From: a virus
Direction: 5' to 3' (one strand)
Virus record (IMG/VR): IMGVR_UViG_3300002461_000205
Span: 1-43,075 of that record
Length of the DNA stretch: 43,075 nucleotides
The stretch's first letter is position 1, and each line of letters opens with the position of its first letter. The notes under the pieces were generated by a model. The model was not told where the DNA came from. It worked only from the letters and a program-made list of their open reading frames with translations, and made no database searches. Shown here piece by piece: positions 18,404 to 24,815 of the stretch. The translations under genes were made by a program, and so were the position numbers.

Positions 18404-19218
18404 TGCTGATCCTGAACGCTTTGAACGGGTTTGGCGCTGGCGACAGCAATCCGATGCTGACTTCTACAGGCGGCACAATCACCGAAGAGGGCGGCTACAG
18501 GGTTCATCGCTTCACATCGAACGGCACGTTTACGCCGAGCGGAAGTGGAACGGTTGAAGTCTATGTCATCGGCGGTGGCGGTTCAGGATCGAACTACGGC
18601 GGCGGTGGTGCGGGTGGTGTTGATACAGACGCAGCTTACGCGGTCTCTGCTGGTGTTGGAGTAAGCGTAACTGTTGGCGCTGGTGGCACAGGCGCATCGA
18701 CTGGTAACAACGGCGCGAACTCTGTCTTCGGTACTCTTACTGGTAACGGCGGCGGCGCAGGCGGCACGAACGACGCATCGGGCGTAGGCGCAAACGGCGG
18801 ATCGGGCGGCGGAGGTATTTACGGCGCGCAAGCTGGCGGTACTGCAACGGAAACACTCGGCAACGCTGGTGGTGTTGGCCACTTAACAGTCGGCAGCCCT
18901 TTCTCTGCCGGTGGCGGCGGCGGCGCTGGGGCGGTTGGTCAAGCCGGTCAAGCCACCGTTGGTGGCAACGGCGGCGACGGTATCGCGATTTGGGGAAGCA
19001 ATTATGCCGGCGGTGGCGGCGGCGGCCACAACTCTGGCGCTGGTGGCAACGCTACAGGCGGCTTAGGCGGCGGTGGCGCTGGTGGCAAGAATAACGCGGG
19101 CAAGGGCAACGGTACTGCGAACACGGGCGGCGGCGGCGGCGGTGCTGGCGCTTCGGCTACGGCGGGCGGGTCAGGCGGCTCAGGTATTGTGATGGTGCGT
19201 TATCCGCTCGCGGCCTAA
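18403..19218 (+). CDS. Glycine-rich fibre/receptor-binding-type protein.
   Basis: 271 aa. The N-terminus 'YRVHRFTSNGTFTPSGSGTVEVYVIGGGGSG' and the ending 'GSGIVMVRYPL' are typical of the phage glycine-rich domain family (from memory). Confidence 0.7.
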   Translation: MLILNALNGFGAGDSNPMLTSTGGTITEEGGYRVHRFTSNGTFTPSGSGTVEVYVIGGGGSGSNYGGGGAGGVDTDAAYAVSAGVGVSVTVGAGGTGASTGNNGANSVFGTLTGNGGGAGGTNDASGVGANGGSGGGGIYGAQAGGTATETLGNAGGVGHLTVGSPFSAGGGGGAGAVGQAGQATVGGNGGDGIAIWGSNYAGGGGGGHNSGAGGNATGGLGGGGAGGKNNAGKGNGTANTGGGGGGAGASATAGGSGGSGIVMVRYPLAA

Positions 19219-19415
19219 CGCCAGAACAGCCACCACTTGCGCGGCACATAACCTAAAAGTTTAGCGTTCTCGATTGCTTCGAGTTTTGCAATTTCACGCG
19301 ATTCGTAACCAACAGCATAGAAACGATGAAAGCCATTTTCGTCACGCCAAGCGTGCGTATGGCTGTAGCCGCTGTTTGGACCTAGCGGCCCGATTGAATG
19401 ATCGAATGCGCTCAT
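19215..19415 (-). CDS. Hypothetical 66-aa protein on the opposite strand (moron-like).
   Basis: It is the only minus-strand ORF inside the late region, lying between the fibre and lysis modules. Sequence: MSAFDHSIGPLGPNSGYSHTHAWRDENGFHRFYAVGYESREIAKLEAIENAKLLGYVPRKWWLFWR. Confidence 0.45.
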   Translation of the reverse strand: MSAFDHSIGPLGPNSGYSHTHAWRDENGFHRFYAVGYESREIAKLEAIENAKLLGYVPRKWWLFWR

Positions 19416-19483
19416 GGGTAGATTCTAGCGCGGGATTTACCCCGCTGCAATGCCCACTAACTGGCTGAAAACAAACACCCCAA

Positions 19484-19505
19484 CCGCCCCCGTGGCGGTT
19501 TTTTG
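19484..19505 (+). terminator. Rho-independent terminator.
   Basis: CCGCC-cccgt-GGCGG followed by T6. Confidence 0.7.
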
Positions 19506-19522
19506 ATTCAAGGAGAATGAGA

Positions 19523-19633
19523 ATGGAAAAGGCTAAGAAGATTTGGGACTGGTACGAGGGCTGGTTTAAGGACTATCCGCGCGGTGCGGCTATTGCGTTC
19601 TTGTCTCTCCTAATTATGTCCGTGCTTACCTAA
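19523..19633 (+). CDS. 36-aa single-TM peptide, a candidate holin or antiholin-like lysis component.
   Basis: AAGGAG RBS 7 nt upstream. Sequence: MEKAKKIWDWYEGWFKDYPRGAAIAFLSLLIMSVLT. Its TAA overlaps the endolysin ATG (TAATG). It is below the ORF-track size cutoff. Confidence 0.5.
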   Translation: MEKAKKIWDWYEGWFKDYPRGAAIAFLSLLIMSVLT

Positions 19634-20433
19634 TGACGATCCGGATTGATGCGGCGCTGCTCAAGAAAATTGAGCCTTACGCCAACGCCGGGATTATCGC
19701 GCAGATCGCAGGACCACTTTCCCTGCACATGACGGCATATCAAATTGATACGCCACTTAGGGCCGCGCACTTCCTAGCTCAGGCCGGTCACGAGTCCGCG
19801 CATTTCCGCACGCTGCATGAATACGCCTCTGGTGCCGCGTATGAAGGCCGAAAAGACCTCGGCAATATCTACGCGGGCGACGGTGTAAAATATAAGGGAA
19901 GGGGCATCTTCCAGTTAACCGGGCGTGCCAACTACCGCGCCTATGGAAAGATTCTTGGTCTTGACCTTGAGAACAATCCAGAGATGGCGGCCAATCCAGA
20001 AATCTCTGTTCGCGTGGCCTGTGAATACTGGAAGGCCAAGGGCCTTAACGGCTGGGCTGACAGAGACGATATAAACGAAATCACGCGCAGAATTAACGGC
20101 GGCTATAACGGCCTTGCAGATCGCAAGGCGTGTCTTGCTAGAGCAAAGAAAGCCTTGCCGGGCAATTTCACCGCGAGCGTGCTTCCGTCTCTCCCGAACG
20201 AAACAATCCCCGATGCGCCGATCGCGGCTACGCCTCCAGAGCCTTGGTACAAGAATCCGTCCATTCAAATGACGGGCGGCACTTTCATCGCCTCGATCAT
20301 GGCGGCGGTCAGCAATCCTTACGCGTTAATAGCCTTTGGCCTGATCCTGATTGCAGGCGCAGCTGTTGGTGTTGCGTGGTGGAGAAAGAGCAAGCGTGAC
20401 GCAATCCAATATCCCACGGGACCCGTCCAGTGA
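19633..20433 (+). CDS. Glycoside hydrolase family 19 (chitinase-like) endolysin with a C-terminal hydrophobic anchor.
   Basis: 'AAHFLAQAGHESAHF', 'YEGRKDLGN', 'GDGVKYKGRGIFQLTGRANY' are GH19 signatures. The C-terminus 'GGTFIASIMAAVSNPYALIAFGLILIAGAAVGVAWWRKSKR' is hydrophobic. Confidence 0.85.
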   Translation: MTIRIDAALLKKIEPYANAGIIAQIAGPLSLHMTAYQIDTPLRAAHFLAQAGHESAHFRTLHEYASGAAYEGRKDLGNIYAGDGVKYKGRGIFQLTGRANYRAYGKILGLDLENNPEMAANPEISVRVACEYWKAKGLNGWADRDDINEITRRINGGYNGLADRKACLARAKKALPGNFTASVLPSLPNETIPDAPIAATPPEPWYKNPSIQMTGGTFIASIMAAVSNPYALIAFGLILIAGAAVGVAWWRKSKRDAIQYPTGPVQ

Positions 20434-20759
20434 GCATCCTGAACTGGATCGCCCCGTTCGTAAGCGCGGAGTGGCTGTATGGGAGCCTAGCTTTGCTTGG
20501 GCTAGGCGCGGTCATTTGGTACGCGCCATCAATCAAAATCAAACTGGTAGCGGGAGCGATTGCAATAGTGATCGTCTCGTTCCTCGCTGGAAATTTAGTT
20601 GGAGACCGAAATGGCTACGCAAGATGCAAGGGCGAGTGGAGTAGGGCGGAAGCCGCTGCGGTCAAACTCGGCGGCGATACTCGCTCTGCTGGCGAGCGCG
20701 ATGATGCTAGCGGGATGCGCGACCCAAACGACCGTCACAACCAAACAAACCCTCGCTAA
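20430..20759 (+). CDS. Membrane protein: an i-spanin-like or class II holin-like lysis component.
   Basis: 109 aa with two hydrophobic segments followed by a charged tail. The o-spanin-like lipoprotein gene starts inside it in another frame. Confidence 0.45.
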   Translation: MSILNWIAPFVSAEWLYGSLALLGLGAVIWYAPSIKIKLVAGAIAIVIVSFLAGNLVGDRNGYARCKGEWSRAEAAAVKLGGDTRSAGERDDASGMRDPNDRHNQTNPR

Positions 20760-20883
20760 TCCATTCCGCCAGATCGAGTACGATTCAGTGAATAAGCAGA
20801 GCGATTTCTACGCGGCACCAAAAGTCGTGAAGCAATTAAGACAGCACAACTTCACTTGCATACGGCTGGGCTGCAAGAAATGA
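20611..20883 (+). CDS. o-spanin-like outer-membrane lipoprotein.
   Basis: GGAG RBS, then ATG at 20611. Signal peptide with lipobox 'AMMLAGC'. The mature part is short and has C-terminal cysteines. The overlapped gene architecture is typical of spanin pairs. Confidence 0.65.
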   Translation: MATQDARASGVGRKPLRSNSAAILALLASAMMLAGCATQTTVTTKQTLANPFRQIEYDSVNKQSDFYAAPKVVKQLRQHNFTCIRLGCKK

Positions 20884-21149
20884 CAGCCCCCTCTACTGGC
20901 GAGCGCTTAATTCGTGTCGAAGTTATAATGGAAGAATTTCGCAAGGAAGTCCGCGAGGCATTCTCGCGCGTTGAACGCCACCAGGAAAAATTAGACGTTC
21001 GCTTAGCCAAGGCAGAAGAAACAATCTCCACGGCGAAGGTTGGCTGGAAAACACTCCTCTGGGTTGGAGGAGTGATTATGACCGTATCAGGAACCATCGG
21101 CGCTATCGTCGCGCAGTGGTTGCCGTTTATGGGCACGGCCCCGCGATAA
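20880..21149 (+). CDS. Coiled-coil protein with a C-terminal TM segment (DUF1515-like from memory), in the lysis region.
   Basis: The ATG at 20880 overlaps the upstream TGA (ATGA). 'EEFRKEVREAFSRVERHQEKLDVRLAKAEE' is followed by 'TLLWVGGVIMTVSGTIGAIVAQWL'. Confidence 0.5.
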   Translation: MTAPSTGERLIRVEVIMEEFRKEVREAFSRVERHQEKLDVRLAKAEETISTAKVGWKTLLWVGGVIMTVSGTIGAIVAQWLPFMGTAPR

Positions 21150-21162
21150 TTTAGGAAACACT

Positions 21163-21510
21163 ATGAAAAGATTTTTCGCCGCGCTGGCGATGGTCAGCGT
21201 GTTGATGATTGCTGAGTCACACGCTTGTGTAAATCCTGAGCCTATCGAGCAAGTCGAGCTTCGCTTTAAGTTCCTCAAGATCGAGACAATGCGCCTCAGC
21301 GGCGTGAAGGCTAGGGCGTATCTTGCAGTTATCAATGCAGAGCCCCCAGAAACGGATTTCAAAGCAGAGAACATCATCATTGCGACGGGAAACTGGCGTG
21401 TATCGGTTGCCGCCGTTGTCAATGGAAACGTCTGCATGATGGATTATCTCGTCTATACGCCAGAGCTGCACAAGCGCGGTCTGGTCGCGGCAGATCGGTC
21501 TAGCATCTAG
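21163..21510 (+). CDS. Hypothetical secreted protein.
   Basis: The N-terminal signal-peptide-like segment 'MKRFFAALAMVSVLMIAESHA' is followed by a 115-aa ORF. Confidence 0.55.
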   Translation: MKRFFAALAMVSVLMIAESHACVNPEPIEQVELRFKFLKIETMRLSGVKARAYLAVINAEPPETDFKAENIIIATGNWRVSVAAVVNGNVCMMDYLVYTPELHKRGLVAADRSSI

Positions 21511-21593
21511 TGACTACTGAAACCCTGTGGCGGTTGTTTGTTGCGGGCTTCTTACTCGCGTTCATTCTTACAGCAATTATAAATTATCTCTGA
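21510..21593 (+). CDS. Possible 27-aa TM peptide.
   Basis: The GTG overlaps the upstream TAG. Sequence: VTTETLWRLFVAGFLLAFILTAIINYL. There is no clear RBS, so this is speculative. Confidence 0.2.
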   Translation: MTTETLWRLFVAGFLLAFILTAIINYL

Positions 21594-21624
21594 CTACTCC
21601 CCGCAATAGCTCATAGGTGACGGA

Positions 21625-22743
21625 TTGGGTATCCCCCGAATCTCCGACGAACTGTGCATTGAAGCAGTAAACCTAGTAGCGAAGCACGGCGGCCATAGAA
21701 CCAAAGCCGCCGCCGAACTAAACATCCCAAGAACTACATTGGTAAGTCGTCTGGAGCGCGCAGCGAAGCGCGGACTAGATGGCTCGGTACCTAAGGCTCC
21801 GCCGCCTGGGATGCTCGTTAAGGGCACATCCACACTCTATGACAACGAGGGCAATCAAGTCCTTCAGTGGGTCAAGACGGCGAACGACCTAAGCCTAGAA
21901 GACATAACCGCAGCCGTTATGGCCGCGTTCGATGGCTACAAAGGTTACGCTAGGCCAATTCCTTCACCCAAGAACACTGACGCTGATTTGCTCAGCGTTT
22001 ATCCAATCGCTGACCAGCATCACGGCCTTCTGTCGTGGGGCAAGGAAACAGGAGAGAACTACGATCTTGAAATTGGCTCTAAGCGCCTTCGCGATTGTGC
22101 GGCTCGGCTAATCTCTCAATCGCCGCCAAGTAAACAAGCACTGATCCTGAACCTTGGCGACTGGACGCACCAAGACGACAACAAGAACATGACTCCTCGG
22201 TCGGGGAATATTCTCGACGTTGATGGGCGGTACTTCAAAGTTCTCACTACCGGCGTTCAGCTAATGATGGACGTTATCGAGCTTGCACTTCAGAAGCACG
22301 AAAGCGTTCTAGTCAGAAATCTCCCCGGTAATCACGACCCTCACGCCGCTATAGCTCTAACTGTGGCTCTCGCTTCATTCTACGCGAAGAACAAACGCGT
22401 CACGATTGACACTGATCCATCCGATTTCTTCTATCATCGCTTTGGCGAGACGCTGATCGGCGCGAACCACGGTCATAAGATGCGTGCCCCGCAGATGGCC
22501 ATGACCATGGCCGTTAATCGCCGCGAGGACTGGGGTAAGACCAGATACCACTGGTTCTTGTTTGGCCATATCCACCACGAAACGGTGAAAGAGATTGGCG
22601 ACGTTCGCGTTGAGTCTTTCCAGACGCTTGCCGCGAAGGACGCCCATGCAGCTTCCTGCGGCTACACCAGTGGCCAATCCATTCAATCCGTGACGCTGCA
22701 TCGTCAGCAAGGCGAGATTGGTCGGCACAGGGTGAACATCTGA
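21625..22743 (+). CDS. HTH-fused calcineurin-like metallophosphoesterase.
   Basis: N-terminal HTH 'KAAAELNIPRTTLVSRLERA'. Metallophosphatase motifs 'IADQHHG', 'LGDWTHQDD', 'PGNHD', 'ANHGHK', 'FGHIHH'. Confidence 0.75.
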   Translation: MGIPRISDELCIEAVNLVAKHGGHRTKAAAELNIPRTTLVSRLERAAKRGLDGSVPKAPPPGMLVKGTSTLYDNEGNQVLQWVKTANDLSLEDITAAVMAAFDGYKGYARPIPSPKNTDADLLSVYPIADQHHGLLSWGKETGENYDLEIGSKRLRDCAARLISQSPPSKQALILNLGDWTHQDDNKNMTPRSGNILDVDGRYFKVLTTGVQLMMDVIELALQKHESVLVRNLPGNHDPHAAIALTVALASFYAKNKRVTIDTDPSDFFYHRFGETLIGANHGHKMRAPQMAMTMAVNRREDWGKTRYHWFLFGHIHHETVKEIGDVRVESFQTLAAKDAHAASCGYTSGQSIQSVTLHRQQGEIGRHRVNI

Positions 22744-22997
22744 TGAGCGAGAAAACCTTCCGATACGTCCGCCACCACGACGCAATGCAATTCGTTCTCT
22801 TGGGCTGGATTCCCCGTCCAGAAATCCTAGAGGGCACCGTTCACGGGGAATACTCAGTTGTCATGGAGAACATATGTCCGCAGACCTGTCCCCTAAGCCA
22901 CTCAGCGCTGGAGAAATATCGTTCCGCACCAGTCAGCTCGTTAATGGGGATAGGGCACGACAACACGGAGACTTTGAGGCCACCTACGCACGGGTAG
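22743..22997 (+). CDS. Hypothetical small protein.
   Basis: The ATG overlaps the upstream TGA. 'YVRHHDAMQFVLLGWIPRPEILEGTVHGEYSVVME' resembles small prophage proteins from memory. The 3' part overlaps the next gene by 124 nt, so its functional end is uncertain. Confidence 0.4.
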   Translation: MSEKTFRYVRHHDAMQFVLLGWIPRPEILEGTVHGEYSVVMENICPQTCPLSHSALEKYRSAPVSSLMGIGHDNTETLRPPTHG

Positions 22998-23185
22998 CAA
23001 CGCTCTGGAATGCGTGGCTTCAGATCAGAGAAAACAGAGGCGCGCTAACAGCCCATGACGTTGTGATGATGCTAGGGCTGATGAAAGACGCCAGAACGCA
23101 GTCCGGCAATTACAACGTGGACGATTACATAGACAGCGCGGGGTACAGGGCGGGCGCGGGAGAGATTGCGGAGCGCAGCAAGTGA
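22874..23185 (+). CDS. DUF6378-like phage protein.
   Basis: 'NGDRARQHGDFEATYARVATLWNAWL...TAHDVVMMLGLMKDAR' matches the DUF6378-type pattern from memory. GGAGAA RBS. Confidence 0.55.
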   Translation: MSADLSPKPLSAGEISFRTSQLVNGDRARQHGDFEATYARVATLWNAWLQIRENRGALTAHDVVMMLGLMKDARTQSGNYNVDDYIDSAGYRAGAGEIAERSK

Positions 23186-23442
23186 ATCACTTAGATTTAA
23201 TCAGCGCCGCCATTGCGCTGGCCTTCGCAATCAGTAGCGGTCTTTCGGCGCTCAAGTGCCGTGAGTCTTCCGACAACGCAATCAACGTACACCAGTCAAG
23301 CATTTGGCTTCCTATCGCGGTCAACGCTTGGTTTGTTTATTTCTATGCAGCGGCGGGGTTTTATGTAGCGGCTTGTGCTGAAGTGGTGTGTGTGTCTGCC
23401 TACATTTGGTGGCTTGTTGAATACCGCCGGGTAGCGGCATGA
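23182..23442 (+). CDS. Hypothetical 3-TM membrane protein.
   Basis: 86 aa with three hydrophobic helices, coupled to both neighbouring genes. Confidence 0.55.
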   Translation: MNHLDLISAAIALAFAISSGLSALKCRESSDNAINVHQSSIWLPIAVNAWFVYFYAAAGFYVAACAEVVCVSAYIWWLVEYRRVAA

Positions 23443-23918
23443 CTACGATAGTAGTTAAGAGCGGCTATATGGCGTCCGACTCCGCGATTACCGACGAGAA
23501 CAACCGAAACATTGGCTCTATCGAAAAGATATTTAGACTAGAGCAAGGCCACCTATACGGATCGTGCGGTGACGGTGACGACAGAGAATTGCGCCGTCTC
23601 TTGCTTAATATGCATACGCCCGACGACATGCCGACGGCTTCTGCACTCAAGAAAATTGATGGCGACATAGAAGCTATTGTGTTATTTAAATCAGGCGCGT
23701 TGTGGGATGTTTGCACCGGGAAACACGCAAACGCATTTCCGATAGAAGACGCGCACTTTGCAATAGGTTCAGGGCGACAAATCGCAACAGGCGTACTGGA
23801 TGCCCTTGACCGCGTTCCATCGGACTGGTCGGCAGAGAAGAAAGTAAAGACTGCCGTTCTCGTTGCAATCGACAGGGATATATTTTCCTGCGGTCCTGTG
23901 AGACTTCACAAACTATAG
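23439..23918 (+). CDS. HslV/proteasome beta-subunit-like Ntn hydrolase.
   Basis: 'MTTIVVKSGYMASDS...IEKIFRL...GSCGDG...FAIGSGRQIA' parallels HslV 'TTIVSV..AGDGQ..VKKVRRL..GFAGG..IAIGSGG'. The nucleophile Thr directly follows the initiator Met. Confidence 0.65.
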   Translation: MTTIVVKSGYMASDSAITDENNRNIGSIEKIFRLEQGHLYGSCGDGDDRELRRLLLNMHTPDDMPTASALKKIDGDIEAIVLFKSGALWDVCTGKHANAFPIEDAHFAIGSGRQIATGVLDALDRVPSDWSAEKKVKTAVLVAIDRDIFSCGPVRLHKL

Positions 23919-23970
23919 CCCCGGCTCGCGCTAATCCGCGCCTATGCCAATCCTGAATTAACAGGAATGA

Positions 23971-23989
23971 CCTTGGGTCGCGCCCAAGG
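23971..23989. terminator. Perfect hairpin between convergent genes (possible bidirectional terminator).
   Basis: CCTTGGG-tcgcg-CCCAAGG. There is no clear U-tract. Confidence 0.35.
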
Positions 23990-23997
23990 CGGGGCAG

Positions 23998-24258
23998 TTA
24001 GTTAAAGTAAGTTTCCACTACCACGCCCTCGCAAACAACCTCTTCGATTCTCGCGTCGGGGTGATAAACTAAGCGGCGCTCAAACCGCAGCGCCACTTCT
24101 GGAATTGTTTTGCCGTCGTCCACATATCGCGGAACAACGTCGTAGAGCTTGGCAATGGGTAGCTTGATCGACTGCAAGTGCGCGTAGCTTCGTAAGCTGG
24201 GGCTGTATTTCCAGCGGTCCCAAACTTCTTTGATTAGTTTTTCGCGCGCTTTGTCCAT
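23998..24258 (-). CDS. Hypothetical protein.
   Basis: 86-aa ORF beginning MDKAREKLIKEVWDRWKYS, next to attP. Confidence 0.5.
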   Translation of the reverse strand: MDKAREKLIKEVWDRWKYSPSLRSYAHLQSIKLPIAKLYDVVPRYVDDGKTIPEVALRFERRLVYHPDARIEEVVCEGVVVETYFN

Positions 24259-24279
24259 CCCATCTCTCCTAAATAGATT

Positions 24280-24519
24280 CTACCATTCTTCTACTTCACG
24301 CCAACCAATAAGATCACTTGGAAAGAATGGGGCTTTAGAATCTCTCTCGCAAAATCCAAATAGTTTTGGTCTTCCGCCTCCACCCCAGAAACTCATCGGC
24401 GCTTCACCTGATCTCATATCCCACTTCACGCTTAGCTCTCTTCCGTCTCGATGCAGAACTAGGATCGTTCTGTTTTGCGGCGCGTCTTTCATCGGGAAAT
24501 AATCACCGCGCTTAAACAT
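24280..24519 (-). CDS. Hypothetical protein (DUF551-like from memory).
   Basis: 79-aa ORF containing 'MKDAPQNRTILVLHRDGRELSVKWD' and ending 'LIGWREVEEW'. Confidence 0.45.
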   Translation of the reverse strand: MFKRGDYFPMKDAPQNRTILVLHRDGRELSVKWDMRSGEAPMSFWGGGGRPKLFGFCERDSKAPFFPSDLIGWREVEEW

Positions 24520-24724
24520 GCTCGTAATGACTCAGAAACGGGGTCAGGAACGCGCAAATGGCGATCGGGGCAGAACTTCGCCGACACTTATATATAGCCA
24601 GCCCACGGGCCTTAGAACAAGCCGTGAACATTTGCCAGAACGGGTGGGCCCCGATATACCGATTTCCGACCGTGGATTGGCAGGGTCGTCAGAACGTTTA
24701 GTAATGATTCCAACGGGTTGACGT

Positions 24725-24750
24725 AGTTTCAAATCCTGCCGCTCCGACCA
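24725..24750 (+). other. attP core: a 3'-terminal fragment of a tRNA (tRNA-Pro-like T-loop, acceptor arm and CCA).
   Basis: '(ag)TTCAAATCCTGCCGCTCCGACCA' gives T-loop TTCAAAT, T-stem 3' half CCTGC, acceptor 3' strand CGCTCCG, discriminator A and CCA. The 5' parts of a tRNA are absent. The integrase gene is adjacent. Confidence 0.65.
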
Positions 24751-24776
24751 GCTTTCATATTGAAATCATTGAACGT

Positions 24777-24809
24777 CGTTCTGACTCCGTTCTGACGTCC
24801 CGTTCTGAC
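24777..24809 (+). repeat. Three direct CGTTCTGAC repeats (24777-85, 24788-96, 24801-09): candidate integrase arm-type binding sites.
   Basis: Read directly from the sequence. A degenerate fourth copy (CGTTCTAC) lies at 24812-19. Inverted copies lie left of the core: GTCAGAACG at 24688-96, and CAGAAC-containing sites in 'ccagaacgg', 'gcagaac' and 'gtcaggaacg'. Confidence 0.6.
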
Positions 24810-24815
24810 CGCGTT

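Noticed and set aside
24700-24750. Possible complete tRNA gene.
   Set aside because: Only the T-loop, the 3' T-stem, the acceptor 3' strand and CCA are present. The upstream sequence cannot form the 5' T-stem, anticodon arm or D-arm. It is interpreted as the attP identity segment.
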